A DNA stretch of 64,000 nt. It comes from Octopus sinensis (Eukaryota). The position numbers were made by a program, and so were the translations under genes. The notes beneath the pieces were generated by a model. It did no database searches, had not been told where the DNA came from, and worked only from the letters and a program-made list of their open reading frames with translations. The first letter of the stretch is position 1; the number at the start of each line of letters is the position of its first letter. Below are positions 11,460 through 23,129 of this stretch, piece after piece. The stretch covers positions 50,840,001-50,904,000 of the forward strand of contig NC_043013.1 of assembly GCF_006345805.1 (NCBI RefSeq). Direction: 5' to 3'.

Positions 11460-11670
11460 ACCAAAGTAAGCACATAGATGTGAAACAAGGTGGGAAAAAT
11501 TAGTACTCGAATACTAGAGGTAGAGTAATATGCTTTATTATCATTAAAGCTGCAAATCCTCACAAAAAAATTCTCAATCTAAACGGTCCGATGAACAGAT
11601 GTGAAACTCTGAGTAGCATTTTTCTGAAATATTTTTATGATGTTTTTGCAACTATAATAATAAAGCATAT
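11460..11670. mobile_element. probable Penelope-like element terminal fragment in inverted arrangement
   Basis: Perfect 14-bp inverted repeat ATATGCTTTATTAT (11528-11541) / ATAATAAAGCATAT (11657-11670) enclosing a hammerhead-like motif; followed by (TA)n. Confidence 0.5.
11584..11619 (+). ncRNA. variant type I hammerhead-like motif
   Basis: CCGATGA core (U4 to C), helix II ACA-GA-TGT, GAAA, palindromic helix III ACTC-T-GAGT, GUA triplet; helix I decayed. Confidence 0.45.
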
Positions 11671-11675
11671 ATATC

Positions 11676-11708
<33 letters not shown>

Positions 11709-12615
11709 GTGTGTATATATATGATAAGGATGACTTGTAATGCTATTCAGTATAGATGTTACTTAACAGTTATACAGGGAACAGATTGGATTATGATAAT
11801 CTATGAAGAGCTCTAAACACAACAGTATCATATAGATTGTCCCGTGATTTCATTCTACTGGAAATCATCTGTGGGAGGCATCCAGTCACTGCATACAAGT
11901 CAACTCTTGCAGTTACGATATATAGAATACCAGCATCTTCTCAGACACTGATGTCACAAATAGATAGTGACGGAATCAGTATTAGTACCAAAAAGTAATC
12001 TTTATATCCAACTAAATATGGATGTCTTGTTAGAAAACCAAATACTATGTTATTAGCCTAGATGTACCTTCTCATATCGGTGCTTGGTGCATAAATACAC
12101 ACACGCAGATTGTAAATAAAGTTAGGGGTAAGGGTGGTTGGTTGGTGTTGGAAGAGGTGGGGAGGTGTCTGGCTTTTCAGAAAGTCAGTCAGTGAACGTT
12201 GTGTAGATGAGGGTACGAAGTTCTGAACTCATTGGACTAGGTTACGGACTGAATGTAGGTATTAAAACGGGAGCTGTAATATTAAATAGGGGTACGTGGG
12301 TGATGTGTATGGTGGTGGTGGTGGTGGCTCAATATGGAGCTATTGTAGGTATACAGGGGAAAAAACATTAATAAACCTTTTCCTGAAATAATAAATAGAC
12401 AAAACAAAATATGCAGCTATTTAGCTAAACTCGGTGGAATTTCCTTATTGAACCTGACTAAAAGACATCTGAAATAACAGAAATTGCTGATAAAAAGCTG
12501 CTCAGGAATAAATAATGGTGATGGAATCGTCAAAGATGAATAATTAATGTCTAACCAAAGATCTTCATGTTTACAGAAATTCTTTACTTATTTAAGTCTT
12601 TGCAATTAAAAGAGA

Positions 12616-12662
<47 letters not shown>

Positions 12663-12719
12663 TATTATTATTATTATCATCGTTATTATTATTCTTATTG
12701 TCATCATCATCATCATCAT

Positions 12720-12924
12720 ATAAGGCAGTGAGCTGGCAGAAATGTTAGCATGCTTGGTAACATGTTTAGTGGTATTTTGTTTGTCTTTACATTGTAAGTT
12801 CAAATTCCACCATGGCCAACTCTGCCTTTCATTCTCTCAGGGTTGATAAAATAAATAGCACTTGAGCTGAAATGACCTTAACCCCCTCCCCCAAACTTGC
12901 TGGCCTTGTGCCAAAATTTGAAAC

Positions 12925-12973
<49 letters not shown>

Positions 12974-13236
12974 TTTATTATTTTTATTATTATTTGTTAT
13001 TGTTGTTAAGGCGGTGAGCTGGCAGAATCATTAGCAGGCTGGCAAAAATGCTTAGCAGCATTTCACCTGTTGTTACATTCTGAGTTCAAATTCCACTGAG
13101 GTCACCTTTGCCTTTCATCCTTTCAGGGTCAATAAAATAAGTACCAGTTGCACACTGGGGGTTGATGTAGTCAACTTACACCTCCCCTGGAATTGCTGAC
13201 CATGTACCAAAATTTGAAATTATTATTCTTATTGTT

Positions 13237-13271
<35 letters not shown>

Positions 13272-13470
13272 AAAGGGCAATGAACTGGTAGAAGTGATAG
13301 CATGCCAGGCAAAATGCATTACGTTCTGAGTTCAAATTCCACCGAGGTTGACTTTGCCTTTTGGTCTTTCAGGGTCAATGAAATAAATACCAGCTGAGCA
13401 CTGGGGTTGATGTAATCAACCAGTCCTTATCCCCCAAATTTCAGGCCTTGTGCCTATAGCAGAAAGAATC
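12720..13470 (+). mobile_element. three head-to-tail SINE family B copies separated by (ATT)n/(CAT)n
   Basis: Heads at ~12722, ~13008, ~13273, each followed by the family B core. Confidence 0.85.
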
Positions 13471-13492
13471 ATCATCATCATCATTATTATTA

Positions 13493-13812
13493 TTAAGTGA
13501 GAGAGCAGTGCATGCTATCAAAGTGACATTGTGGTAAAATATACGAAGCCCAGTATGCCCACCATGACTACCGTCTGATAAGGGTACACCAGGCACATGC
13601 ATCACAACCATATGTGCACAACAAGGGGATCTCATATCAAGATAAACAGTGCATGACCTTGCAGATGGGGCCCACTTAGAATTTTCTTCAGGTCGAGTAA
13701 CCCATCTCTGAATAAGGGTTATTATAGGATGTTGAACGAAACACAGTATGTTCAGTATAGCTATAAATAGGGAGAGCCACGGAAGGAACAATCTATTTAA
13801 TGCTTCACCCAA
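13493..13812 (-). mobile_element. LINE-like 3' end fragment (family E) with (AAT)n tail
   Basis: Reverse complement of 32634-33142; also present at 54325-54800 and 54872-54985. Confidence 0.7.
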
Positions 13813-13837
13813 TTGTCTTGTTATATATGATAGATAT

Positions 13838-14052
13838 AAGGCAGCGAGCTGGCAGAAATGTTAGCACACCGGGGGAAATGCTTAGGGTATTTCGTCTGAC
13901 TTTACATTCTGAGTTCAAATTCCACCAAGGTCAACTTTACCTTTCATCCTCTTGGGGTCGATAAATTAAGTACCAGTTGCATACTGGGGTTGATCTAATC
14001 GACTGCCCCCACTCCCCCCAAATTTCAGGCCTTGTGCCTAGAATAGAAAAGT
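13838..14052 (+). mobile_element. SINE family B copy
   Basis: TAAGGCAGCGAGCTGGCAGAAATGTTAGC...AGGCCTTGTGCCTAGAATAGAAAAG. Confidence 0.85.
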
Positions 14053-14160
14053 GTATATGATCCATTCTTTATGCTGACATGGGTTGGGTGGTTTGGTAGG
14101 ACTGGCAACTCAGGGAGCTGCAGCAGATCCCATTGTCTGCTTTGGAAAGTAAACATGCAT

Positions 14161-14198
<38 letters not shown>

Positions 14199-14706
14199 GC
14201 ACACATTCTCTCATCTCTTACACAACACATGCCTACATTCTCTCAAACTCTCGCTCATACACACTCGTACACTCACATCTGCATTTACACACACACTCTC
14301 TCTCTCGAGCACATCACACACACATGCATACACACATGTGCACATATATGCATGCACACACACACACACATATTCTCTCTCTCTCTCTCATACACTCACC
14401 CATATATACACACTTTCTTTCTCTCTCTCTCTCACACACACACTCTCTTTTATTACATGCTCTCTCTCTCTCTCTCTCTCTCTCTCTTGCATTCTCTCTC
14501 TTTTGTGCACACACTCACTCTCTCTTTTACACACTTTCTCTCTTTCTTCCTCCTCTTCTCTTTCTTGCTTACCCACACACACTCTCTCTCTCTCTCTTGT
14601 GCACACGCTCACCATCTCTTTTGCATACTTTCTCTCTTCCTCTCTGCCCTTCTCTTTCTTGCTTAAACGCACACACACACACACACACACGCACACACAC
14701 ACACAC

Positions 14707-14747
<41 letters not shown>

Positions 14748-15299
14748 AGAAAACTAAGACAGCTGAAGACAAAACTACAATTGTACAAAGCAGTCTTCGA
14801 GTTTATCAGAGTGACTCAGTTGTGAAGGGTATGGTACAGCCTTTGGCGAGACAGGGTACCCCACTCGATTGCCAGCTTCATCTTTTTGCTGGTTCATTCA
14901 TGGAACTGGGTCTTTCTCCAAGAAAGAAAGTATAAAACAAAGCAAAAAAAAATAACAACAACAAAAAACAATGTAGACATCTTGATATATTGAGGAAGAA
15001 GGAAGTCGAAGCAAGGGAATATGTGTGTGTGTGTGTGTATGTGTGTGTGTGTGTGTGTATGTGTGTGTGTGTGTATGTGTGTGTGTGTGTATGTGGTGTG
15101 TGTGTATGTGTGTGTGTGTATGTGTGTGTGTGTGTGATTTTGGTTTTATAATGAAAACAGTATGGTGGCTATGAGCCAAAATTTAAAACTCACAACTGAT
15201 ATGGCAAAATATAAAAAAACAGTTATGATAAAACAATTAACAAAATACAAAAACAAAAGCAGAGATACAGGAAGAAATGTAACCACCATAATAATGATG

Positions 15300-15535
15300 A
15301 TGATATCAAAATTTTGCCACAAGGGCAGCTTGTGGAAGGGTATTAAGTTGATTACATCGACCCCAGTGCATCACTGGTGCTTTTGGCATTGACCCTGAAA
15401 GGATTAAAAGCAATGTCGACCTCAGTGGAATTTGAACTCAGAACATAGCGACAGGCAAAATACCGCTACGCATAATTAACGATTATGAGAGCTCACCGCC
15501 CTAACCACCCTAATAATAATAATAATAATAATAAC

Positions 15536-15580
<45 letters not shown>

Positions 15581-15726
15581 CCTTTCTCTTAAAGGCACAA
15601 GGTTTATTGACCCTAAAAGAATAAAAGGCAAAGTCAATCTCGGCAGGATTTGAACTCAGAATGTAAGGACAGACGAAGTGCTGCTAAGCACTTTGCTAAA
15701 GGTTCTGCAAGCTCACCACCTTGATA

Positions 15727-15759
<33 letters not shown>

Positions 15760-15981
15760 ATAATAATAATTATTACAAAGTTTTGCCACAAGAGCAGCTT
15801 GGGGAGGTGGGGATGTGTCGATTACATTGACTCCAGTGCGTAACTGGTACCTAATTAATTGACCCTGAAAGGGTGAAAGGCAAAGTTGACCTCGGTGGAA
15901 TTTGAACTCAGAATGTAATGGCAGACGAAATACCACTAAGCATTTCACCCAGAATGCCAACGATTCTGCCAGCTCACCACC

Positions 15982-16024
<43 letters not shown>

Positions 16025-16270
16025 CAATTATTATTATCATTATCATTATTTAAATTAATTATAATCATTCCAAATTTAGGCTCAAAGCCAGGAAGTTTGG
16101 GGGGTGGGTAAATCAATTACATTGACCCCCGTGTTAATCTGGTACTTATTTCATGAACTCTAAAAGGATGAACAGCAAAGCTGACCTTGGCAGCATTTGA
16201 ACTCAGAATGTAATGTGTTGCAGAAAATGTTGCTAAGTATTTCCTCCAACTTGATAATGATTCTGCCAGG
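15300..16270 (-). mobile_element. four SINE family B copies, all minus strand, separated by (AAT)n
   Basis: Reverse-complement cores (GAAAGG...AAAGTC-ACCTCGG-GGAATTTGAACTCAGAA) at ~15400, 15630, 15880, 16170. Confidence 0.85.
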
Positions 16271-16659
16271 AGAGGATACACGGTGATTATATCGACCTCA
16301 ATTATTGACTGGTACATTATTTTATGCAAATATGCACCCCCTCACACCCAACACACACTCACACACACAAGCTTATGCTGACATATGCAAGATGCAGAGA
16401 CCTCCGTCATTCCACCCCCATCATCTCAGTCACATTGCTTTTCCTTGAAACTATGTACATACCTATTGCAGCAAGGATTGAAACTGAATTGTCAGATTAT
16501 GAAGTTTAAGATAACGTAGCACAACCTTTTTCATGTGAGAGGCTGAGTTATTGACCAATCAACAGTGAAACTTCGCATGATAGATCAATCTAGACCATAC
16601 TGGAATGTCTCAGTTCAAGGGTTGTAAATAGGTTTGATTTGTGCACTAATCTCCAGATT

Positions 16660-17000
16660 ATTCCTCCTTATGAGAGCTCAAAGTCTCTCGTGGAACCGTC
16701 ATCCAACCAAAGTACAAATATATGGAAAACTACCACCTGTGTCATCTCTTGTGAAAGGTAGAAGAGTCCATTTTGCTGGACATTGTTGTAGAGCTGAAAA
16801 CGAGGTAATTTCTACTCTTCTCCTCTGGAAGCCATCTGCTCGCGATACCAGAGGGCGCACACTCTCCTACCCTGATGTAATCTCCAGGGATACAGGCATC
16901 CAGCAACAGGACCTCCGTAATGCTATGATGGACCGTGAAGTCTGGCATAACATAGTAAATTCCATTGTCTTGACCACGGTTGAACAATGATGATGATGAT
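16660..17000 (+). mobile_element. RTE-type LINE 3' fragment (ORF2 C-terminus, 5'-truncated) with (GAT)n tail
   Basis: Frame ...RAQSLSWNRHPTKVQIYGKLPPVSSLVKGRRVHFAGHCCRAENEVISTLLLWKPS..RGRTLSYPDVISRDTG...LRNAMMDREVW resembles the post-RT region of RTE-like LINEs (R-L-x-FAGH, W-x-P, RGR, DR-x-x-W). Confidence 0.75.
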
Positions 17001-18310
17001 GTGCACTAAATCTGCAGTCTCCTAGACATTCAAGCAGAATGTCATCTTCACTCTGGTCAACCTGTTTGCACAAAGACTGGCTGATTCATTTTCACATAGC
17101 TCACATCATGCTTCAATGCATGATAACCTGTGGTCCAGCTCCACACTCTGTTGCCATTTATAATTGTTGCTTTTCACAGCTCCATGCTCAACCTTGATAT
17201 ATTGTTATAGTTGGCTGATATGAATATATTGTGTATATTATCTGCTGTCTTGGCAAGCTTCAATACAGAACTTTAGTGGTCAACCATTGATAAATGCTGC
17301 TGAATTATTCCTTCAATTGTGTTGGCTTATAGAACTTAATAACTTATGATCAACCTGAATATTACTTGTGCAATGAAATAAATGTTATTATTAAATGTTC
17401 ACATGGTGTTGTTACATCATTTACATGCAGCCTTACCAACAAAAGACGTTCTATTTGCAACACTATCTCAGAATACTGAGTGTTTCTAGCACTCCACCCT
17501 TTATCACACATCTCTCTTACCACTATCTTCATGGCTCTATCCTTACAGTTTCTCACTCTGTAAAGAGGTCAGACGTCGAGCTCAGGCATAGGGGTTGTGA
17601 GACACTTTTAATTGTGTGGAGAACGTGGGTATCTCTCTGATACAGGAAGTAAACAAAGCACAAGGTTGTGAGAGCTCTTTAGTCTTGTGTTGGACATGAT
17701 ACCCCTCTAGTGTTGGTGCCATTAAAAAGCACTCAATCCCTAAAGTGGTTGATGTTAAGAAGAGCTTCTGACCATTGAAACCAAGCTGGAAATAAAGAAA
17801 TGTCAGCAATGGTGGTCTCTGGACTCATCAAAGTGGACAGACACCACCTCTGAATATGTGCTGATTCCAATGGCAATGATCATCTGTGAAACTGATGCCA
17901 GCTTAAAAAGTGGATGGAACATGTGAAAATGGGAGATCCAGGAAGACATGAGATGAAGTACCAAAGAATCACCTCGTGAAGCTGAATATTTGAGGTGAGA
18001 TAACAAATGACTGAGATACCTGATGCCTGGCTGTACTCAAGAAGACCCATGCTCCACAGCAGAAGTGTTAACACTGATCCTGCTGGTGGTGTAAATTATC
18101 CATGGCAGGTCCACTTAAAAATGCCTATGCAGTGCCATGTACAAGTACCCAGCATAATCTGTAAAGTGGTTGGCATTAGGAAGGACATCCAGCTGTAGAA
18201 ACCTTACCAAATCAGACTGGAGTATGAGGCAGCTTCACAGCTTGCTAGCTCTGGTCAAACCATCCATCCCAGGCCAGCATGGACAATGCACATTAGATGA
18301 TGATTATGAT

Positions 18311-18352
<42 letters not shown>

Positions 18353-18434
18353 GTATAAATATTTAAAAGATAGTAAGAAAATGGAGATATAACATTTAAA
18401 AAAAAATTTATCACAGGCAAAAATCAGACATGTT

Positions 18435-18514
18435 CCCTTACAGCTGTTTCAGTTAGGACTAATAAATTAAATAATAATTAATAAAATCATATTAGGCAAA
18501 ATCTTTTCAGAGGG
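18435..18514 (-). ncRNA. decayed hammerhead-like motif in a probable Penelope-like fragment (~18360-18580)
   Basis: Minus strand: helix I CCCT/AGGG, CTGAAAA core (G8 to A), long AT-rich helix II region, GAAA, palindromic ACAGCTGT helix III, GUA triplet. Confidence 0.35.
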
Positions 18515-18588
18515 GTAAGAAAAAAGAGATACTGTTAGGTTTTTAAGTGTTGTATTTTAGAATCATCACAGCAGATTATATATATATA

Positions 18589-20969
18589 CTAGCAGAATTG
18601 CCCGGCGATGCTCGGGACTGAATTGCTTGAAAGTACTGTTAATGATTGCACTGAATTATGATGATTATTCAGGCCAATATTGATATAAATTTACAGTGGG
18701 AGATAAGGACTTAACGATCAAACGTGTGCCATTGCATTGTTTTGGGGGAACCAAATTTCTAATGAGCATTATATGGGCACCAACTTTAAGTTTGAGAATG
18801 TGTGGTGGTAGTCTGGGGGGCTCAAAGGAATTGAGTACCTCTATTGGATAGTTGATGACGTCCTCTGGGTCAGGAGTTGTATCGATAGACTTATATACAT
18901 AGACATCCCCAGGAATGAGTTTTAGCATTTCATCATTAATATGGTGAACAGTTTTATTCCTCGGGGCCAGAATAGCCCTTTAGCCAATCCAATCCATATT
19001 CTGATAATTAGCTTGTAGATCTGGGAACACTGCATCTCAGATCAGAAGGCGTTTTAACAATGGTGCAAATGGAATCGATGGCAATATTACCATTTTCATC
19101 CCCTGGTATTTTGCCTTCACCCAATGCAAGGAGGGTGTGAGAAAATGCTGCTGATGTGATATTACATCGCATATGAGCACGCATATTGGTGTGAAGTTTG
19201 AGAGTCTTCACAAGTGGCCACAATGTGGATGACTTAAGACACGCACTTACTGCATCAGCTCTAGTCCCTTTGGGAATAACGGAAAGTGTTTGTCGGAAGT
19301 CCCCTGAAAGAAGAAGTGTTATGCCTCCCATGTGAGCTGAAGAGTGTTTGATGTCTCTGAGAGATCTATCTAGTGCCTCAAGAGCACCTCTGTGGGCCAT
19401 CGTGCATTCATCCCAAATGATAAGCTTGCATCGTCTGAAGACTTCTGCCTGATCGGAGCTGTTACTGATGTTGCAAGTTGGTGTCTCAGTCTTCGCTAAG
19501 TCAAGCGGAAGCTTGAAAGTGGAGTGAGCTGTCCTGCCGCCTGGCAACAAAGTAGCCACAATTCCAGATGATGCCACAGCTAGTGCAATGCCTTGTGTTT
19601 GCCTAATCTCAGCCAATATTAATTTGTTGAGAAAAGTTTTCCCAGTGCCCCCAGGAGCGTCCAGGAAAAAAATCCCCCCAGCTTTGGCCCAGACTGAATT
19701 AACAACGGAGTTGTAAGCGAACTTCTGTTCTGGAAGGAGCTTTGGCTCATTGTCGGTTATGTACTCGGCAAGCTCGTCAACATTAAAACATGTCTCATGC
19801 AGCAAATGTGAAGACAGAGTGTTTGTGCCTTCCCGGTTTGTTGAAGGTAGGCCATAGACCGGCAAGGCACTACCACCCATATCAAGTACAGTATCTTCGA
19901 ACGTAGTTTGTTACCACACAGCCTCACCTGCTCCTATGTATGTGTGTGTGTGTGTGTGTATGGGTAGATATATTATGCATGTATATTTGTGTATATATAT
20001 GTGTGTACATATTACATGTACATCTATATATATACATCTACACATAAAATACAAAATACAAAGTTATATCTTGATATCGCTAGTGATAACAATACTCAAA
20101 ATATATAACAGACTGGAATTGTAGGCCCGTCTCTTGCAATTTCGATCAATTGGATCTTGTCCTCCCTCTTGTATAGAAGTGTACGGCTGCAGCGAAATTC
20201 ATTTTTGGACTTTCTTCTATCGAAGGTATTTTAACAAAAATGCTTCCGTAAAGATGGTGAAAATATTGTCAATTTCCCCAAACAGGGAGACAATTCAATT
20301 TTGAAACAATAACCAAAGCCCCTTTTCCGAAAGGGGGAGGGTTACGGTTTACAATTATTTAACAAATGCAACACAACAACGTTTCCCTGATGAGGAACCA
20401 ACAAATGTGATTACAATAGTCAAATAGTAATAATAATAACAACAAACCTTTTCAATTTATCCCCATTTATGTGAAACCACTTATTGAAGTTCAAGTCATT
20501 GATGCAATTTTATATGAATTGCTAATACACACACACACACACATAATAAGGGTGAAAAATTGAATATTAATTTGATTAATATGAATTGAAAACCAGTGGT
20601 GTAGCATATAAGACCATAGCGGATCTTCCTCTAGCAAAAAGGATGACCAGTATTAATGACTCGTCCCTGTTATAAAAATACTTTCACTTTAATTGTTGCA
20701 CACTTGCAAAGAGAAAGGAGGAGAAAGTGTAGTGGTAATGGAAGGAGTGAAGCACTTGAAATGAAAGAGGGAAATTGTAAAATATTGAGTTTTCTCGAAT
20801 TTTTGCTTAATTGGGGGTGAAATTGAAAAAACTTTACATGCCATGACCCAATGGAATCTACTTGGAAAAATGATAGGTAAATTCCAATTGAAGAAATTCT
20901 ATATTGTACAATTGTATAAAAAACGAACGATTTGGGAGGCAGAGAAAATCTGCCTTTTATCATAAGAGA
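18589..20969 (-). mobile_element. non-autonomous, internally deleted Helitron
   Basis: Minus-strand 3' end: GC hairpin CCCGAGCATCGCCGGG (18601-18616), 8-nt spacer, CTAG (18589-18592), then T. Candidate 5' end A|TCTCTTATGATAAAAGGCAG at 20969. Helicase relic inside, in the same orientation. That the 5' end belongs to the same insertion is inferred. Confidence 0.7.
18665..19900 (-). pseudogene. Helitron PIF1-family helicase pseudo-ORF
   Basis: Walker A DAPGGTGKT, AHSTFKLP, motif II IIWDECTMAH, motif III LLSGDFRQ, KTLKLHTNMR, RAILAPRN, LKVGAHIMLIRNL...CNGTRL. Frameshift near 19030, in-frame stop near 18980, final helicase motifs missing. Confidence 0.9.
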
Positions 20970-20989
20970 TATATATACACACACACATT

Positions 20990-21191
20990 CGCCATGATAG
21001 ATCGCTAGCCACTAAACCTTTTTTATTTTCCCTCCCACTTTTTGTTTCCTCTCCCTGTTTATTTCTGTGTTCCTTTCTGTTGAAGAGCATAGGGTCGAAA
21101 CGTAAAAGAATTTCTCACTTCCCGAACGTTAAACTAATCCATCTGTTTGTTGTTTACACACCTGTCTCGTCTTTTATTTTTCTGTTAATTC

Positions 21192-21200
<9 letters not shown>
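20990..21200 (+). mobile_element. probable Penelope-like terminal fragment with hammerhead-like motif (21073-21108)
   Basis: Homologous to 58360-58552; CTTT-CTGTTGA-A-GAGCATAGGGTC-GAAAC-GTA-AAAG; ends in (TA)n. Confidence 0.5.
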
Positions 21201-21241
<41 letters not shown>

Positions 21242-21298
21242 TATATATAATTAATCAATATAAGGGTAGCAAAAAATTCAATAGAAATTTGAAATTAT

Positions 21299-21331
<33 letters not shown>

Positions 21332-21354
21332 CAATTGTATCAACCTTCAAACGA

Positions 21355-21502
21355 ACCATCCTTGGTTCTTAAAGCCTGGTTTTTATTCTGTCAGTATCTT
21401 TTGCCAAACTGTTAAGTTACGGCGACTTAAACATATCAACACTGGTTGTCAAGTGGTGATGGGGGATACACATGCACACACACAGACGCACACACACAGA
21501 CG

Positions 21503-21554
<52 letters not shown>

Positions 21555-21710
21555 CGAAGGGTTTCTTTCTGTTTCGGTGTGTCAAATCCACACACAAGGA
21601 TTTAGATGGTCCAATGATCTAATAGAAGACTGTTGCACAAGGTACCATGCAGTGGGACTGAACTTGGAACCATATACTTGGAAAGTAAACTTCTTACCAC
21701 ACAGCCACAC
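21355..21710 (-). mobile_element. degenerate SINE family A
   Basis: Reverse complement of the family A head ends at ~21710 (CTTACCACACAGCCAC); internal (CA)n. Confidence 0.75.
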
Positions 21711-22131
21711 ATACATACATATATATGTATGTAGTATACATATACATGTGTGCCTGTGTGTGTGTATGTGCATGCATGCATGCATCTGTGTTCTGTTCTA
21801 TCTTTGATTTATTTTAGGCATCATGGCTAAAGTGACTAATGCTACATAAATAGACATGCTTGAGTGAACAAACAAAAGAAATAGACTTATATAGATACAG
21901 CAGAGCTTGTTCGTTTATTTACAAATAAATTAATTATTTGACCTGCTTGGTGAAGCACGGCTAATCTCAGCAGCACTGCCAGACCTTAAGATGACTGGGT
22001 TGGCCTGTGGTTGTTGTGGTAACGAGAAATAAATATATTGGCATATTTACACTTAGTGAAAACTCCTATAACCAATTTTGCAGTTTAATAAAATAATATA
22101 TCATATTAAATGTTTTATTTAGAAAGACATC

Positions 22132-22195
<64 letters not shown>

Positions 22196-22214
22196 CATAC
22201 ATACATACATATAC

Positions 22215-22263
<49 letters not shown>

Positions 22264-22417
22264 CACATACACATACATATGTGTGTATGTATATATACAT
22301 GTATATATATGTGTGTATGTATGTGTGCATATGTGTGTGTGTGTATATATATATGCATACATATGTGTGTATATATACATGCATATATGTGTGTGTATGT
22401 ATGTGTGCATGTATATA

Positions 22418-22457
<40 letters not shown>

Positions 22458-22659
22458 GATGCATGTATACACACACACATGCACATATATTTATTGAGAA
22501 AATGCTTTTTGCCACTTCATTTAAAAGTGAAAGTTGAATAAATAATGACTCTTTCTCTACCAACCTTCCTGAAACACTCTGCTCTTATTCTCTGATGCTA
22601 AATCTTTTTTATATGTATGTGTGTATGTGTATGTATATATATATATGTGTGTGTGTAGC

Positions 22660-22806
22660 TGAGGCTGTGTTGTTAAGAGGCTTGCTTCCCAACTATGTTG
22701 GTTTTGGGTTCATTTCCACTGCATGGCAACTTAGATAAGTGCCTTCTACAGCTTTGAGACAACAAAAGTTGTGAGTCGATTTGGTAGATGGAAACTGAAA
22801 GAAGCT

Positions 22807-22844
<38 letters not shown>

Positions 22845-22872
22845 TATATCATATATATATTATATATATTAT

Positions 22873-22918
<46 letters not shown>

Positions 22919-23105
22919 ATAGATATATATATATATATATAGGTGCAGGTGTGGGTGTGTGGTAAGAACCTTGCTTCCCAACTACATGGTTCTGTATTCA
23001 GTCCCACAATGTGACCCCTTTAGCAAGTGTCTTCTACTATAGCCTCAGGCTGACCAAAGCCTTGTGAGTGGATTTGGTAGGTGGAAACTGAAAGAAGCCT
23101 GTTGT
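22660..23105 (+). mobile_element. two SINE family A 5' halves separated by (TA)n
   Basis: Heads at ~22660 and ~22942, each ending GGAAACTGAAAGAAGC. Confidence 0.75.
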
Positions 23106-23129
23106 ATACATATATATATATATATATAT

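Noticed and set aside
20380-20400. CTGATGAG hammerhead core
   Set aside because: No downstream GAAA/helix III in register.
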